64,000 nt of DNA, taken from assembly GCA_951406725.2 (NCBI GenBank), contig OX597821.1, positions 116,994,001-117,058,000 of the forward strand. The letters run 5' to 3'. Made by a program: the position numbers and the translations under genes. The stretch comes from Octopus vulgaris (Eukaryota). Each line of letters opens with the position of its first letter. Position 1 is the stretch's first letter. The notes below the pieces were generated by a model. It searched no databases. It worked only from the letters and a program-made list of their open reading frames with translations, and was not told where the DNA came from. Shown here piece after piece: positions 28,315 to 43,822 of this stretch.

Positions 28315-28559
28315 TATAAACATATTTAAAGAGTTTGGAATTGGTATTTTTTTATTGATTTAGGTTTGCTCGTCTGTAAGACATTAGCATTTGTTGCTGT
28401 TGTTGTTGTTGTTGTCTTGTGTTCCTCACTGAAATTATCTACGTTGAAAATTCCACATCGTTTGACTAAGTGTGATAAATAAATTCAAACAAATTAGTAA
28501 CGAGCTAAATGCATTTTTGCTTTTGCATCTCACCCATCATCTTTTTCTACTCCAACCTA

Positions 28560-29438
28560 CTGCCACCCCGCACCATTGTCGGTGCAACCACCACCAACAT
28601 TATCACCATGGCCACCACCAAAACCACCATTAATGCCATGCCTGCCACTACCACCACCACCACCACCACCACTACTATCACTGCTCTCACTACAACCTAC
28701 CATCCCTATCCCCGGTGCTGCTGCCACCACCATTGATATTACACCTGTTACCATCACCACCACCAATGTGACCACCACTGTTGATACCACTCCTACTACT
28801 ATATCCACTGCTAAGACTCACCCCCTCTGCTATCATCATCATCATCATCACTGCTATCACCATGACAACCACTACTGTCAATACCACCACCACCCTCATT
28901 AAAAACCAATCTTGACCCTCACCACCACCACCACCAACAGCAACAACAACAAAAGCAACACTTGTCATCATCATCACCATCACTATCATCATGATAACAC
29001 CACCACTGCCAATATTGTTACCAGCCCCACCCCCTTTCACCAGCACCACCAACATCAACAACAAGATTATTATTCACACCATGGCCACTACCACCATCAA
29101 TAAATACACCACCACCACCACCACCACCTCCACCATTAATACCAACCCTACCACCACAACCACCAACAACATTATTACTAACACCGTCACCATCACCACC
29201 ATCATCATCATCACCACCTTGACCGTTAATGCCAAAAAGCCCACCCATCACCACCACCACCATCATCATCACCACCATCACCTCCTCCACCACTAGCACC
29301 ACCTTGATCATTAATACCAACTCTTCCCCCATTACCACCACCACCACCACTATCGTCATCACCACCACCACCATCATCATCATCACCTCCACCACCATCA
29401 CCTCCACCACCATCATCCCCACCACCAGCAGCAGCAGC
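28560..29438. repeat. Degenerate (CAC/CAT/CAA)n low-complexity tract
   Basis: Direct reading; it generates spurious Thr-, His- and Pro-rich ORFs in several frames. Confidence 0.9.
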
Positions 29439-29728
29439 ACCCAGTTTCCCAGGTCTCAAAAGAACATCTATATTAGGCCTGGTTCCTTCTCAAAGGAATG
29501 GCATCAAACTCTTTAATTTCACTCATTCTTATCTCTAATTGGTGGAATTTAAATATTTTTTAACTCAGCCAAATGCAATTCCTCATAATCTCAGAAATTT
29601 TGGTGGAGAAAATGGAACGATAGTTTTTTTCTTTTTTTTCTTTTATTAAACTTTTTATAAATACCTTTTAATCTTTCTATGTATATATGCATTATGCATC
29701 CATGCATGTAGTTATATGTATGTATATT

Positions 29729-29764
<36 letters not shown>

Positions 29765-29782
29765 CACATATATGTATATATA

Positions 29783-29832
<50 letters not shown>

Positions 29833-29947
29833 TGTATGAATATGTGTGTTTATATATATATAAATATATATATATATGTATACATGTGTACATATTTATA
29901 TATATATATATGTGTATATATATGTGTGTGTGTGTGTGTGTGCATTA

Positions 29948-29980
<33 letters not shown>

Positions 29981-31649
29981 AATATGTGTGTGTGTCCTTG
30001 CATTAGCTGTAAGGAAATGTTATCATCATGTGGTGTCATATATTTTCAGTCTGGTCATGGGGAAATATTACCTTCTTTGGAAACAGGGGAGGGTTGGTGC
30101 CATGAAGGGCATCCAGCCGTAGAAAATCTGCCTCAAAAAATTCCACCTGACCCATGCCAGCATGAGAAAATGAACGTTAAATGATGATGATGATACATAC
30201 ATATACACAGTCTTACATATGTGTGTGTGTGTGAAGTCATTCTCATGGATGAGAGGACGAGGGAGTTGGAATTGGAGACCATTTTTTATTCCCACTTCAA
30301 AAACCGATTGATCCTGTTCAGCACCTTCCTACTTTGGTAAACTATTTTCATTCAGAATGAGGAACTCAAAACACAAAACTGGCACTTTGCCATTTTGTCT
30401 AATGCAAAGGTAACAAATCTCTGTTTTTAGTTACCATTTTTCTCGATTTAGCTGCTATCTGTTTAAAAGACATGAATCTCTGTGACTCAGCTACACACAA
30501 CGAGCAGCAGCAGTATGATGCCAAAGAATTAGTCAGTGTTTTAGAAGTTTCTGATGGAAGCTGGAGGGAATGGATGGGTTTGCCAAAACAAAAAAGAGAG
30601 ACAGACAGACAGACAGAGAGGAGTTTGTTTGGAGTCTTAATAGATTTCTTTTGATATTCTGTGTGTGAGTGGGTGGGCAGGTGGATGGATGGAGGGGATA
30701 AGAACAGAAGTTTTGAGGGATACTTTTTGAGTTGTATCCATCATCATCATTAGCATCATCACTATAGTTTATAGCATTTATTACGATGCTTCCATGCAGC
30801 CACTCACCATGAGTAAAACAGTAGCTAAATCTCCCTCAGATTGCATCCTGTGATCTATATAGAAGTGAGGGCATATTGGATTACGTAGGCTCTGAGATAC
30901 ATAAAAAGTGGAGATGTTTGATCAAGGCTGGAACAATGTAGATTAGCTCAATCAGGGTTAAACTGCTGCTACTGAGGCTACTACTGCTACTTTGTATAAT
31001 GTGCCATTATTATCATCCAAACCCTCACTTTCATCTTCTTCAGTGGTTTGCGTTATTTAATGAGTGTTCAGGAATTCAAACCTTACCACAGCCACTATAG
31101 AGTGGCCCTTAGTTGTGGCACATGCCAGTCAACTACAGACGATCCTCAAATTAATGGTCGTACTTTGCAATTTACATAAGTGTGGAATTCCATGACCAGA
31201 GTTTCCATAAAGCAGGAGATTCTTGTATACACAAACACACAAACACAAATATACATATACACACATATATATATGAAGAGTTTCCATCTACCAAATCCAC
31301 TCACAAGGCTTTTGATCAGCCAAAGGCTATAGCAGAAGATACTTGCCCAAGGTGTCATGCATTGAAAGTGAACCCAGATCCATTTGGTTGGGAAGCAAGT
31401 TTCTTACCATACGGCCACACCTGCGCCTATTCATTTATTTATATATTCATGTACTTGTTTCAGTCATTTTGACTGCGGTCATGCTGGAGCACCACCTTTC
31501 GTCAAACAAATTGACCCCAGGATTTATTCTCTGTAAGCCTAGTACTTATTCTATTGCTCTCTTTTGCCAAATCGCTATGTTATCGGGATGTAAACAAACC
31601 AATATTGGTTATCCACGATGGTGGAGGACAAGCACAAACACACACACAA

Positions 31650-31698
<49 letters not shown>

Positions 31699-32086
31699 TA
31701 TATATATATATGTATGTACATATATATATACATATATATATATATGTATATAATATATGTATATATATATGTATATATATGTATATATATATATATATAT
31801 ATATACATATATATACAGATAGATAATCCCCAAAACATTAAGAATATATATATGTGTGTGTATATGTTTGTGTGTCTGTGTTTGTCCCCCCAACATCGCT
31901 TGACAACCGATGCTAGTGTGCTTACGTCCCCGTAACTTAGCGGTTCCGCAAAAGAGACCAATAGAATAAGTACTAGGCTTCCAAAGAATAAGTCCTGAGG
32001 TCAATTTGCTCCACTAAAGGCGGTGCTCCAGCATGGCCACAGTCAAATGACTGAAACAAGTAAAAGAATACATAATAGCCTACACA

Positions 32087-32129
<43 letters not shown>

Positions 32130-33078
32130 GTTATTTTCTATAGATTTGTTTTTCTTTTCTTTAATTTCTATGAATAATCTGTTTATCTTTACAATAATCC
32201 CCACCCTGAAAAGTGCCAAGTATCAACACCGCCGGCCCCCGCCCCACCCCTCTTTTCTGTCTCTGCTTCTGTAATTTTCCCCCTCCCCTCTCTCTCTCTC
32301 TCCCTCCCCCTCACTCTGTCTTTTTTTTTACTCAACCACCCACATAATTCCCTTGCTATCAGGCGCCCACCCCACTTCCTTCTTTTACCCTTCATAGTAA
32401 CTGGTAGTTCCTACCCTGTTGCCTTTTATATAGGCATTCATATATAGGTGTGTGTGTGTGTGTGTGTATTTCCTCAGTCAAGTTGCATACACAAACAGTC
32501 ACCTACATACACAGAACTCAGTTACATGTATGAGTGTGTATTTGTGTGTGTGTGTACATTCATGTCCTCATACACAAACGCACACACACACACACACACG
32601 CGTGTTGTCATATGAAGATGTATCAATAGGTCTGTTTAATCTGACACTAAACACACACAAACACACATTCACTCATGCATACATACACACACACATACAC
32701 ACACATACACACACACACAAACACACACACACATACCTGGCGAATTCATAATTGTTGAGATACACACACACACATACTCACGCACATGTGCATACATACA
32801 CACAGGCATATATCTCTATATACACACACAGATATTTATTAAAGAATGATATACACAATTCTATAACCTGTTCTTTTCTGTTTATCCAACTTCATATACA
32901 CACGTTAATTTAAACATATGAAACACACCCACACACGCACATTAGACTGTGGCCATACTGGAGCATGATCATGAATGGTTTAATTAAACAAATCGACCCA
33001 AGGCCTTATTCTATTGGTCTTTTTTACCTTGCTTCTATGCTATGATGACATAAACAAACTAACACTGGTTTCATAAAG

Positions 33079-33109
<31 letters not shown>

Positions 33110-33466
33110 TATATGAGGGCTTCAACACAGTTTTCATCTACAAAAATTCACTTACAAAGCATTGGTTAGCTTGGGGCTATAGTAGCCCAAGTTGCTACGC
33201 AATGGGGTTGAACCTGGGTCCACGTGGTTGCAAAGTGAGCTGCTTAACCGCACAGCTGTGCCTTGTGTCTATGTTACATGTGGGCGTTTGTATTCTGTAT
33301 TAAAAGTATGTGTATATTTATACACACCTTAATATATGCACACATGTATGTTTATACTGTAACACTTCCATTAGTATAAACACTGACATACATGTGCATA
33401 TGTATGCATGTATGTATGTATATATGTATGTATGTGTGTGTGTATATATATATGTATGTATATATA

Positions 33467-33599
<133 letters not shown>

Positions 33600-34368
33600 T
33601 TATAATAAATACACCTATATAATTACACATCCAGCTAAATAAATACAAATGCGTACGCACACACATACATATATAAAACCAGTTGACATACACGTTTCTA
33701 TTCAACACACACACAACACACACACACACACACACACACACAGGCTGCTAGGCCCTCTACTTGTATACAGTTTTATATTACTATATAAACAAACCAATAT
33801 ATGCAAAGCGCCACATGTGTGTGGCACTTCAGAGATACCTACATGAATGTATGACAGCATGCACTCACGCACATGCGTTTATTCCTGTATTTCTACATAA
33901 CTACATGAGCCTAGGCTTGCACAGTCTCATACAAGTGTACACGCCGAATGTGTTTGCATACGTGCATCCCCACTCAAATACGCAAATATGTGTATATGTG
34001 TGTGTGTGGATGTGTGTATACGGATGTGTGTGTGTATGGATGTGTATGTGTGGGTGGATGTGTGTGCGTGTGGATGTGTGTGTGTGTGAATGTGTATGTG
34101 GATGTTTGTGTGTGTGCATGTGGATGTGTGTGCATGTGGATGTGTGTGTATGGATGTGTATGCGTGTGAATGTGTATGTGGATGTTTGTGTGTGTGCATG
34201 AGTATTGATATGTGTGTGTTTGTGGATGTGTGTGTGGATGACTGAATGTGTGTGTATGGATGTATGTGTGTGTGTATATATGGATGTGTATCTGTGGATG
34301 TGTGTGTGGATGTGTGTGTGTGTGTGTGTATGTGTGTGTATGGATGTATGTGTATATATATGGATGGA

Positions 34369-34402
<34 letters not shown>

Positions 34403-35026
34403 TGAGAGAGTAATCATCGTCTTAGCTTTTATCTTTCAATTCTTTCACTCATTGGACTATGCCCATACTGGAGCACTGCCTTGAATGATTTTAGCCAAAC
34501 AAAGCAACCCCCAGGACTTGAAATCTGACACTTAATCTATTGGTCTCTTTTACCAAACTGCTAACTTACAGGGACATCAACAAACCAACACTGTTCAAGC
34601 AGTGGAGGTGGTGGTGACAGTCACATGCACACACGCACATAAGGGGGCTTCCACACAGTTTTCCCTCTGTGAAATTCACTCAGAAGGCATTGGTCAGTCT
34701 GGGGGCTATAGTTAAAAACACCTGCCCAAGGTGCCATGCAGTGGAACTGAACTCAGAACGTCATGGTTGCAAAGCAGGCTTCTTAACCACACAGCCATTC
34801 CTGCCAGCATGGGTTAGTTGTCATGATCCAAGTCATTTTTCATTGGAAGCCACTGCCTTCACAGACAGGTCAGAGTGGGTGTTTTGGCCTGATTTCTATA
34901 TCTGAACGCCCTTCCTTGTACCAACCACCTTACAGAGAACGTTTTATCATGGCCCCAGCACCAGAGATGTTGCCCTGTCTTTCTACAAGACAAGAGCAAA
35001 GGAACTTCTCAGACTTAAGCTTTCTC

Positions 35027-35057
<31 letters not shown>

Positions 35058-35225
35058 TGTACTTCTGTCTCCAAATTCCCCACAAATGGCATTTGTCCAT
35101 ATTTTGGCATTTGGTGACCAAAATACTGCTCAATAGCATCAAATCCACCAGCATATGGCCCACAAGTAAACTGCTTAATTATATAGTCAAGCCTTATATA
35201 TATACATATGTCTATATATACATAC

Positions 35226-35293
<68 letters not shown>

Positions 35294-35748
35294 ATATATA
35301 TGTGTGTGTACATATATATGTATGTTTGTATACATGTATATACGTATACACCCACATGCATATACTCACACACTCTTTAACTTTCCCCCCCCCCCCGCCA
35401 CCATTCCTTCCTCTCTGGAATCCAGGATTTTCTCTTAGAGTTTCTCAGACATCCTCCTCAGTCCTTACCATATTCAGCCACAATCTGGGAGAGAGAGAGA
35501 GAAAGAGAGAGAGTGAGAGAGCTATGATGATGGTGGTGGTGGTGGTGCTGGTGGTGGTGGTGGTGCTGGTGGTGGTGGTGGTGGTGGTGGTGGTGGTGGT
35601 GATGAGAAGAGTCAAGTGTAAAGCTTCACTCAACACAACAGCTGTGGGTGGAGTTAGGTAGTTTACACAGCTTCTTGTGAAGAAACTATCAACCACTTCC
35701 CCCCCCTTTTGTAACAACCACTTATCCCTTTCCCCATCCTCTCTCTCT

Positions 35749-35784
<36 letters not shown>

Positions 35785-35959
35785 CTTATTTTCAATATGC
35801 TTCTGTTTTTCTTTGTTGTCACAACACCTCTCTACTTTCTTTGTAATATATTTAGAAATATTACTGGCTTGCTTCTTTCTAGCACTTTCTTTCTCTCCAT
35901 TACACACACATTCATACACACACGCACACACACATACTCTTTCTCTCTCCCTTTCACTC

Positions 35960-36084
35960 TATCAATCTATCTCTCTATCTATCTATCTATCTTCACTCTC
36001 CATCTATCTGTTTTCGCTCTCTATCTATCTATCTCTATCTATCTATCTATCTATCTATCTTTGCTCTCTATCTATCTATCTATC

Positions 36085-36116
<32 letters not shown>

Positions 36117-36149
36117 GTATCTATCTATCCATCTATATATCTATCTATC

Positions 36150-36208
<59 letters not shown>

Positions 36209-36246
36209 CTATCTATCTATCTTTGCTCTCTGTCTATCTATTTGTC

Positions 36247-36311
<65 letters not shown>
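35960..36311. repeat. (TCTA)n microsatellite
   Basis: Direct reading. Confidence 0.95.
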
Positions 36312-36314
<3 letters not shown>

Positions 36315-38808
36315 TCTCTCTATCTCTCTCACACACACATGTATACACAGTGTCCAGTATTTTCAAAAATGTTTTTTTTTTTTTGGAAATTTTATTTATG
36401 GAATGTATCATGAACCACGATAGGGGAACCACGATATGGCAAGGAATTACTGTAATGTATGTTAAAAGCACTGGAGTTGGAGCTGGAGCCAGTGCCACTT
36501 AAGAATACTGGTTCTCCTGCATGTAAAAAGCACAGAGTACACTCTGTAAAGTAGTTGGCATCTGGAAGAGCATCCAGCCATAGAAACCATGCCAAAACCG
36601 ACAACTGGAGCCTGGTGCAGAGCCTGACCTTTCTAGCTCTGGTCAAACTGTCCAGCCAATGCCAACATGGAAGGCATATGTTAACTGATGATGTTAATAC
36701 GCACATGCACACACATACACACACACACATACACACATATACACACACATACATATACATACATATATACACACGTCTGTAATTTCTTCATAGTTGTCAG
36801 TTTATATTGTCAAACATGAAGATTACTAAATTCAAATGTCAACTGGATTTGAAATTTATGGATAATCAGCCTGCATTCCTTGGCACAGTTTCTGTCAATG
36901 GCCATTCCACATAACATCATGTTTCATTACTGTTTGGTTTTAACCAAAAAACACATACACGATCAAAGTTTTTGTTTTCTGGGGTTTTTTCCACTGTCAC
37001 TGTTTGTCTTACAAGGAACATCATAGGATGAAAGGAAAGAAGAGAACATGTATCAACTGTTTCACATACACACACACACACATATATATATTGGGCTTCT
37101 ACATAGTTTCCATCTACAAAATTTACTCATAAGGCTTTGTTTAGCCCAGGGCTATAGTAAAAGAATGTTGCCCAGTGTGCAGTACAGTGGGACTGAACCT
37201 GGACCCAATTGGTTACAAAGCAAGTTTCTTAACAACAGCCATGTCTGCATCTATTCATATCATCATCATTGATGATGATGGAGGCCTCATTATCATCATC
37301 ATCGTCATCATCTATTTTGCACAATCCTGTATTCAGGTATTTGTGATGCCATCATAAACGGAGGCAGGTTTCTGCCTCACAACTATCTCCTCTCCTTCTT
37401 GTTCTGCTTACCCCTCTCCTCACATACACACACACACACTTTACCACAACACCTCTTACCACTACTCATGTGCTACAAAAAAGAAAATACATTTTTCATT
37501 TTTATAATGGATTCAAAATAAATGTAACAGCCTCAGGACAGCCAAAGCATTATGAGTAGGCAGAAATTAATCTCTGTGTGGAGGCGGAGAGCTGGCAGAA
37601 TCATCAGCAAGCTGGGCGAAATGCTTAGCGGTATGTCGTCTGCCGTTACGTTCTGAGTTCAAATTCCGCCGATGTCGACTTTGCCTTTCATCCTTTCGGG
37701 GTCGATTAAATAAGCACCAGTTACGCACTGGGGTTGATGTAATTGACTTAATCCCTTTGTCTGTCCTTGTTTGTCCCCTCTATGTTTAGCCCCTTGTGGG
37801 CAATAAAGAAATAAGAAATTAATCTCTGTGTGTGTGCATGTGAAAGTACTTGAGTCTCTTTGGGTTTCATTCAATAATTACAAACGAGCATCCAATCAAT
37901 GCTTTAAAAAAGACAATTAAGTAAACTAAATCAGCTGGTGTTTGGGACTTAAATTAGCAGGAAATTTTAACGAGAAATTTTAATTTAGGTCACTTTACGA
38001 CATGCAGTTTATATTATAGAACCCAGTGTGATGTCAGCTGTGTTGGCATCAAAGGAGTTAATTAACTGCCATAGGTAATATCCTAAAGCTTGTTAGCGTA
38101 TAAGTGTGTAGTCATGCATATAAAAAATGTCAGGCTGACCTATGTTGGCCTTAATAATATTTTCAATATATCTAAGCCTTAAGGTGGCAAGCTGGCAGAA
38201 ACATTAGCACGCTGGATGAAATGCTTAGCAGTATTCATCTGTCTTTACATTCTGAGTTCAAATTCCGCCAAGATCGACTTTGCCTTTCATCCTTTCAGGG
38301 TCAATAAATTAAGTACCAGTTGCATACTGGGGTCTATCTAATCGACTGGTCCCCTCCCCAAAAATTTCGGGCCTTGTGTCTAGAGTAGAAAAGAATATAC
38401 CTAAGCCTTTTCACATGATTCTTGTTATATCCCAAAACTTCTGTGCTGGCATGAGTGTGTGGTAAGAAGCTTGCTTCCCAACCACATGGTTCTGGGTTCA
38501 ATCCCACTGCATGGCATCTTTGTCAAGTGTTTCCTACCATAGCCTCAGTCTACAAGCCCGCTGCTTGATAACCAGTGCTGGTTTGTCACTACTTCAACAT
38601 CCCTGTTCTGCACAAACTACCATTTTTTAAACCCCAAGAGAATGTCTCTTCTAGCTGGTTATCAATGCAATCTGCACCCTGCTTGCAATATTTACCAAAT
38701 GCAAGTTGCTTTGAAAACCAACTGGAGGAGACATCCTCTTGGGGTTGAAAGAATGGTAGTAATATCAGTTCATATGGAACAGCTGTGTTGAAGTGGCAAT
38801 ACACACTA

Positions 38809-38839
<31 letters not shown>

Positions 38840-38843
<4 letters not shown>

Positions 38844-39085
38844 GAGACATGTAACATCGCTGGCCAGCCATGTCTGGCAGCTAAGAGATGATGGGGGTCA
38901 CACACTCAATCTCAAGGAAAAACTCACAAATCCAGGCCCCTACATCAACAGGATGAAGTATTGCAAGTTATGCATAGCTGAATGCGCAAGAATCCTAAAA
39001 GACACACTTAACCCAGGGAACATTCTTAACTCCAGAATGGAGATTTTGGGGCCATGTTTACATTTTAGAAGGTTCCTGTTAGTGT
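38840..39085 (+). mobile_element. Penelope-like retroelement fragment (GIY-YIG endonuclease C-terminal region, frameshifted)
   Basis: Hand translation RRHVTSLASHVWQLRD...PYINRMKYCKLCIAECARIL...ILNSRMEILGPCLHFRRFLL matches the PLE pattern T-x-L-x-x-H-x-W...C-x-LC-x2-E...LN-x-R-x-E-x4-C-x-H. Confidence 0.75.
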
Positions 39086-39341
39086 TTTAGAATCTACAAA
39101 ATGGTGGCACACTCAGAAGCCATTAGTCAATGGTAAAGGGAGGTAACTCCCTATTGTTCACATTCGTAAAGAAGCTCATTCCCACCTCCACTTCTTTTGA
39201 AGAGATCTTAGGCCAACAGGTTTTTTGGGGTTTGACAATACCCCATAAGGCTAAGCCCCTTATGGACAAGAAACCCAGAGTAGTCCCATAAACTGACCTC
39301 CCCATTTAAATATATATACATGCATGCATACATACATACAT

Positions 39342-39399
<58 letters not shown>

Positions 39400-39403
<4 letters not shown>

Positions 39404-39575
39404 AGAGTTTATGAAAAAAACAAAAGACGAAGACAGGTGCTGTACAAAACAAACAGATGCATTAGTATAACGCTCAGGAATAGAAAAAGTCTTTTACATT
39501 TCAAGCCTACGCACTTCTACAGAAAGGGACACAGAAAAAAACAAGGCGAGAAAAAAAATGTGTGTAGTAGCTAAT
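39400..39575 (-). mobile_element. Short dispersed repeat next to (TA)n (second copy about 61500-61680, +) with a decayed hammerhead-like core
   Basis: The two copies are reverse complements; the inferred consensus is cttt-ctgtagaa-gagcgtaggctc-gaaacgta-aaag. Confidence 0.6.
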
Positions 39576-39624
39576 GATCTATCATATATATACATGTATA
39601 TATATATATGTATATATATATTTT

Positions 39625-39661
<37 letters not shown>

Positions 39662-40708
39662 ATGTATATAAGTACAATGAGCTTCTTTCAGTTCTGTCTA
39701 GTAAATCCATTCACAAGGCTTTTGGTCAGCTCAAAGCTATAGTAGTGGACATTGTTGAAGGCGCTACAGAATGGGACTGCACTTGGAACCATGTTGTTAG
39801 GAACCAAGCTTCTTAAAGTTTATGGGAGTAAATGAGATGATATCTGGCTATTGTCATTGTCCTTGGGCAAGGCCTCTAACTCTGTTTCCTCCAGTTTGCC
39901 TGACTGAACAGAAAAGGAACAAACTCCACTCCTGTGTCATGGTTGAGTGATTAGTGATAAGATGGGTAACCAGGTGTAAATAATTAACTGAATAAATAAA
40001 CCATCTCACCTAGACCTGCATTGATAAGTGAATATAAAGCAGCAAATATATAATATGTATTTGTGTGTGTGTGTATGCAATCAGGTGTGGGCGTGAAGGT
40101 GTATGGGCCATGTGGCTAGGGTGTTGCTCTCGTGATCACTGGATCATGGGTTCTATTCCCGGACCGGGCAGGGCATTGTGTTCTTGAGCAAGACACTTCA
40201 TTTCACATTGTTCTAGTCCACTCAGCTGTAAATGGGTCCCCCTATGAGACGGGCTGGCTTTCCGATCAGGGGCTATGTTGGTCTCTTTGCCTAGCCAGTG
40301 GGGTAGCATCAGTCAAAAACTAAAATAATGCAAAGCGCATTGTGACCAGCGACGTATAACAACATCCGTTAGTCTGGTTGATCACATGACGTGTATGTGA
40401 CCAAGACCTTTGGCATTATGTTGTGCCTGAGAAGAAGACCCATCTAGCTGAACAAAATCACAGTCATGGCAGATACCGGTATCATGTAAAAATGGCACCC
40501 ATGCTAGTGGGACATAAAACCACCCATTACACCCTCGGAGTTGTTGGTGTTAGGAAGGGCATCCAGCCATTGAAAACCATGCCAAATCAGACTGGAGTCT
40601 GGTGCAGCCTTCCAACTTACCAGCCTCAGTCAAACTGTCCAACCCATGTCAGCATGGAGAACAGACGTTAAATGATAATTATGATGATGATATATTACAC
40701 ACTCATGC

Positions 40709-40749
<41 letters not shown>

Positions 40750-43702
40750 ATGCCAGTAGGTCTGCAAATCTAGCAGAGGCCTCAAAAGACATTTTAAGAT
40801 CCACAAAGATCAGAACTTAACTGCAGCTTTTGGTGGTTCAAATCGGATATGCAATCTATGTGGGTGTCTTTTCAAAACATTGTCTGGTTTAAAAAGCTAC
40901 ATCAGACGGCATGATGGTTCTAAGGTATAGGTACAGGAGGGGGTCGAACACTGCATAAGTAGACAACCACCATATATAGTGTCCTGTTCCATTACTGGGA
41001 GGATCAACAAAACAAGTAGAGAGAGATAAATATCATTTAGAAAAGCACAGGATTGAAACATGAGCTACTGTAAGTTTCATGTTCAGTGAGGATAGTAGTT
41101 GGACAGGCTTGTATAGCATGCTACATACTATTTTGCAATTGTTCAGGTTCAAAACAAACATGGCTGCTTTCTGAGAAAAAGCAACTCATTCTTTCTTGCT
41201 GAGTTTTTGCATGGACATGTGTGTGTGTGTGTGTGTGCATGTGTGTGTGTGTGTTTGTATATCCATAGGTGATTCTAAATGTGTGTGCTTGTGTATGCAA
41301 AGGTGATTGTATACATGTATGTGGGTGCTTGTGTATAGGTAGGTGATTGTATACATGTATGTGTGTTTGTATATGCGTAGGTGATTGTATACATGTATTT
41401 GTGTGTGTGTGTGTGTGTGTTTGTATATGCGTAGGTAATTGTATACATATGTGTGTGTGTGCATGTATATATAGACAGAGAACATCAGATGAAATACCTT
41501 GTGGTATTTGTTCTGATGCTTTATAGTCTGGGTTCAAATCCCGCCAAGTTCAACTTTGTCTTTTATCATCAGAGCAATTAGATTGGTAAAGCCGTTGCAG
41601 CATCAGACAAAAGATATTGCTGTATTTAGCTATGGCTCTCTAGATTCTGTGTTCAAATCCTGCTGAGGTTTGGTATGCAAGTTTCTTGAACTGATAAAAT
41701 AAAGTACCAATCAAGTACCTAATGACTAAATTATTCAACTCTTCCTTCCACCCACAATAAATATTTTGTGGTCTTCTGCTTGGTGTAGAAAAATCACCAT
41801 TTTCATTTTTAATAATAATGATAAGTTTTTAATTGTATTTAAACATCTCTTAACCTTAATTTACCCTATGGCTCTGGGTGTGTCTTGACAAATAATTACA
41901 TCAAACATGTAGATTAAAATAATAATTATACGAATTATGATTATTTCAAAAATAGGCAAAAGGCCACAAATTTTGGTGGGGAAGAAGGATTAGTCAATTC
42001 ATGGCATTCCATTGGTTATGACAACAAGGGTCCCAGCTGATACGATCAACAGAACAGCTAGTGAAATTACCATGCAAGTGGCTGAGCACTCCACAGACAC
42101 GTGTACCCTTAACATAGTTCTCGGGGAGATTCAGTGTGACACAGAGTGTGACAAGGCAGGCCCTTTGAAATACAGGTAGCAACAAAAACAGGAAGAAAGA
42201 GTGAGAGAAATTTGTGACAAAAGACTACAGCAGGGTTCGCCACCATCCCCCGCTGGAGCCTTATGGAGCTTTAGGTATTTTCACTCAATAAACACTCACA
42301 GCGCCCAGTATGGGAATCGAAACCATGATCCCACGACTGCAAGTCCACTGCCCTAACCACTGGGCTATTGCGCCTCCACATTAGTCAATCAAATATATCT
42401 CATTACATGACTGGTACTTGATTTTATCAAACCCCAGAAGGATAAAAACCTAATAATCAGGGTTTAATTACTGTGATTATAATTCTATTATTTTTTGATA
42501 TATTGTGATAATTATTGTTAGTTTTTTCTTGTTGCTTTTATGGGTTTTTTTGTTATATTGTTGATATTGTTGTATAGTCTTAATATTATTAGTATTCTTG
42601 TGACAGTCAAATAATGTTCTAATTATTATTATTTTTATTATTTGTAGTGTTCCTAAAAATAACAATAATAGTTAGCTCTAGTATTACTTCTATTATAAAA
42701 TTGGTAGAAAATTTATTAGTTCAGTCACAACATAAATTTTGTAATTTAATATGTTGTTGTTATCGAAAAACCTTAACGAACTTCTTGAATTCTTGTTCCT
42801 ACCTGGATAATTGAGAGGGGTTTTTTTAAATTTTCTTTGCTCTTGTTGTTTAATTACTTTACAACACAATTGAAATATTTCCATTTTTATTAATATTTAC
42901 ATTGTAGTTTTATTTTTTTCTATTTTTCTAACAATGTAGCCTGGTGTATTTTAGCATTTTGATCCATGTGTTTATGTGTATATGTGTATAAAATGGTTAG
43001 GTTATTGCACTCATGGTTACCAGACCATCATGGGTTCAATTCCCAAGAGTTTTCAAGAACACATTGCACCACCTGGTCGGGTGGAGTGTTGTGTTCTTGA
43101 GCAAAACATTTCATTTCATATTTCTCCAGTCTGCTCAGCTGCAAATAGGTCACCCTTTGACGGAATAACTTTCCAGTTGGAGGGAATATTAGCCTGCTCA
43201 TAAATCCAGCAGGGTGGTGGTCATTTAAAAGCTAAATCAATGCAAAGCACATTGTGACCAGCGATGTATAACAACATCTGATAGTCTGGTTCATACTCTG
43301 ATATAAGGTGCACTGTTTTTTTCAAAAAATGTCTCGATAAAAATTACTCCAGGTCCTGTGTATGCAAATCTGGATCTCCCGTGAGCTTTAAGGCACTGCG
43401 AACTTCCTTCCTGAATACGTGTTACTGAAATTGTGTTACGTCCAATATACCCATGCATCTTTTATGCCATCAAATATGGTTACTCCAATGAGCCAATGAC
43501 ATGAATTTGGATAAATAAGCTAACAGCTGATGTATGGGTTGCTGCCACCCCCTCCAGAAGAAAAAAAAAGGCAATTATTAGAAATTTCCCTGCACAAAAC
43601 GCTGAAAACCAACAAGGAGATAACTTCCAGAACTGAAATTTCTCAAACTTAATTTACATGCTTAGAGGAAAATCAGATTTTTGTCTGCAGGCAGTAGATA
43701 AC

Positions 43703-43740
43703 TCTGAATATGTTTCAATCTGTTAGACCTCATCAGCATG
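43703..43740 (-). ncRNA. Decayed hammerhead-like motif
   Basis: Minus strand reads catg-CUGAUGA-ggtc taaca gatt-GAAA-catattc. Core intact; stems I and III poorly paired. Confidence 0.3.
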
Positions 43741-43770
43741 TATGCAATTATATATGTGTATGTATGTATG

Positions 43771-43822
<52 letters not shown>

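Noticed and set aside
27570-29516. Long Cys/Val-, His/Thr- and Thr-rich ORFs (up to 247 aa), including a possible mucin-like exon
   Set aside because: They are translations of (TG)n and (CAC)n repeats, open in several frames on both strands, with no convincing splice sites.
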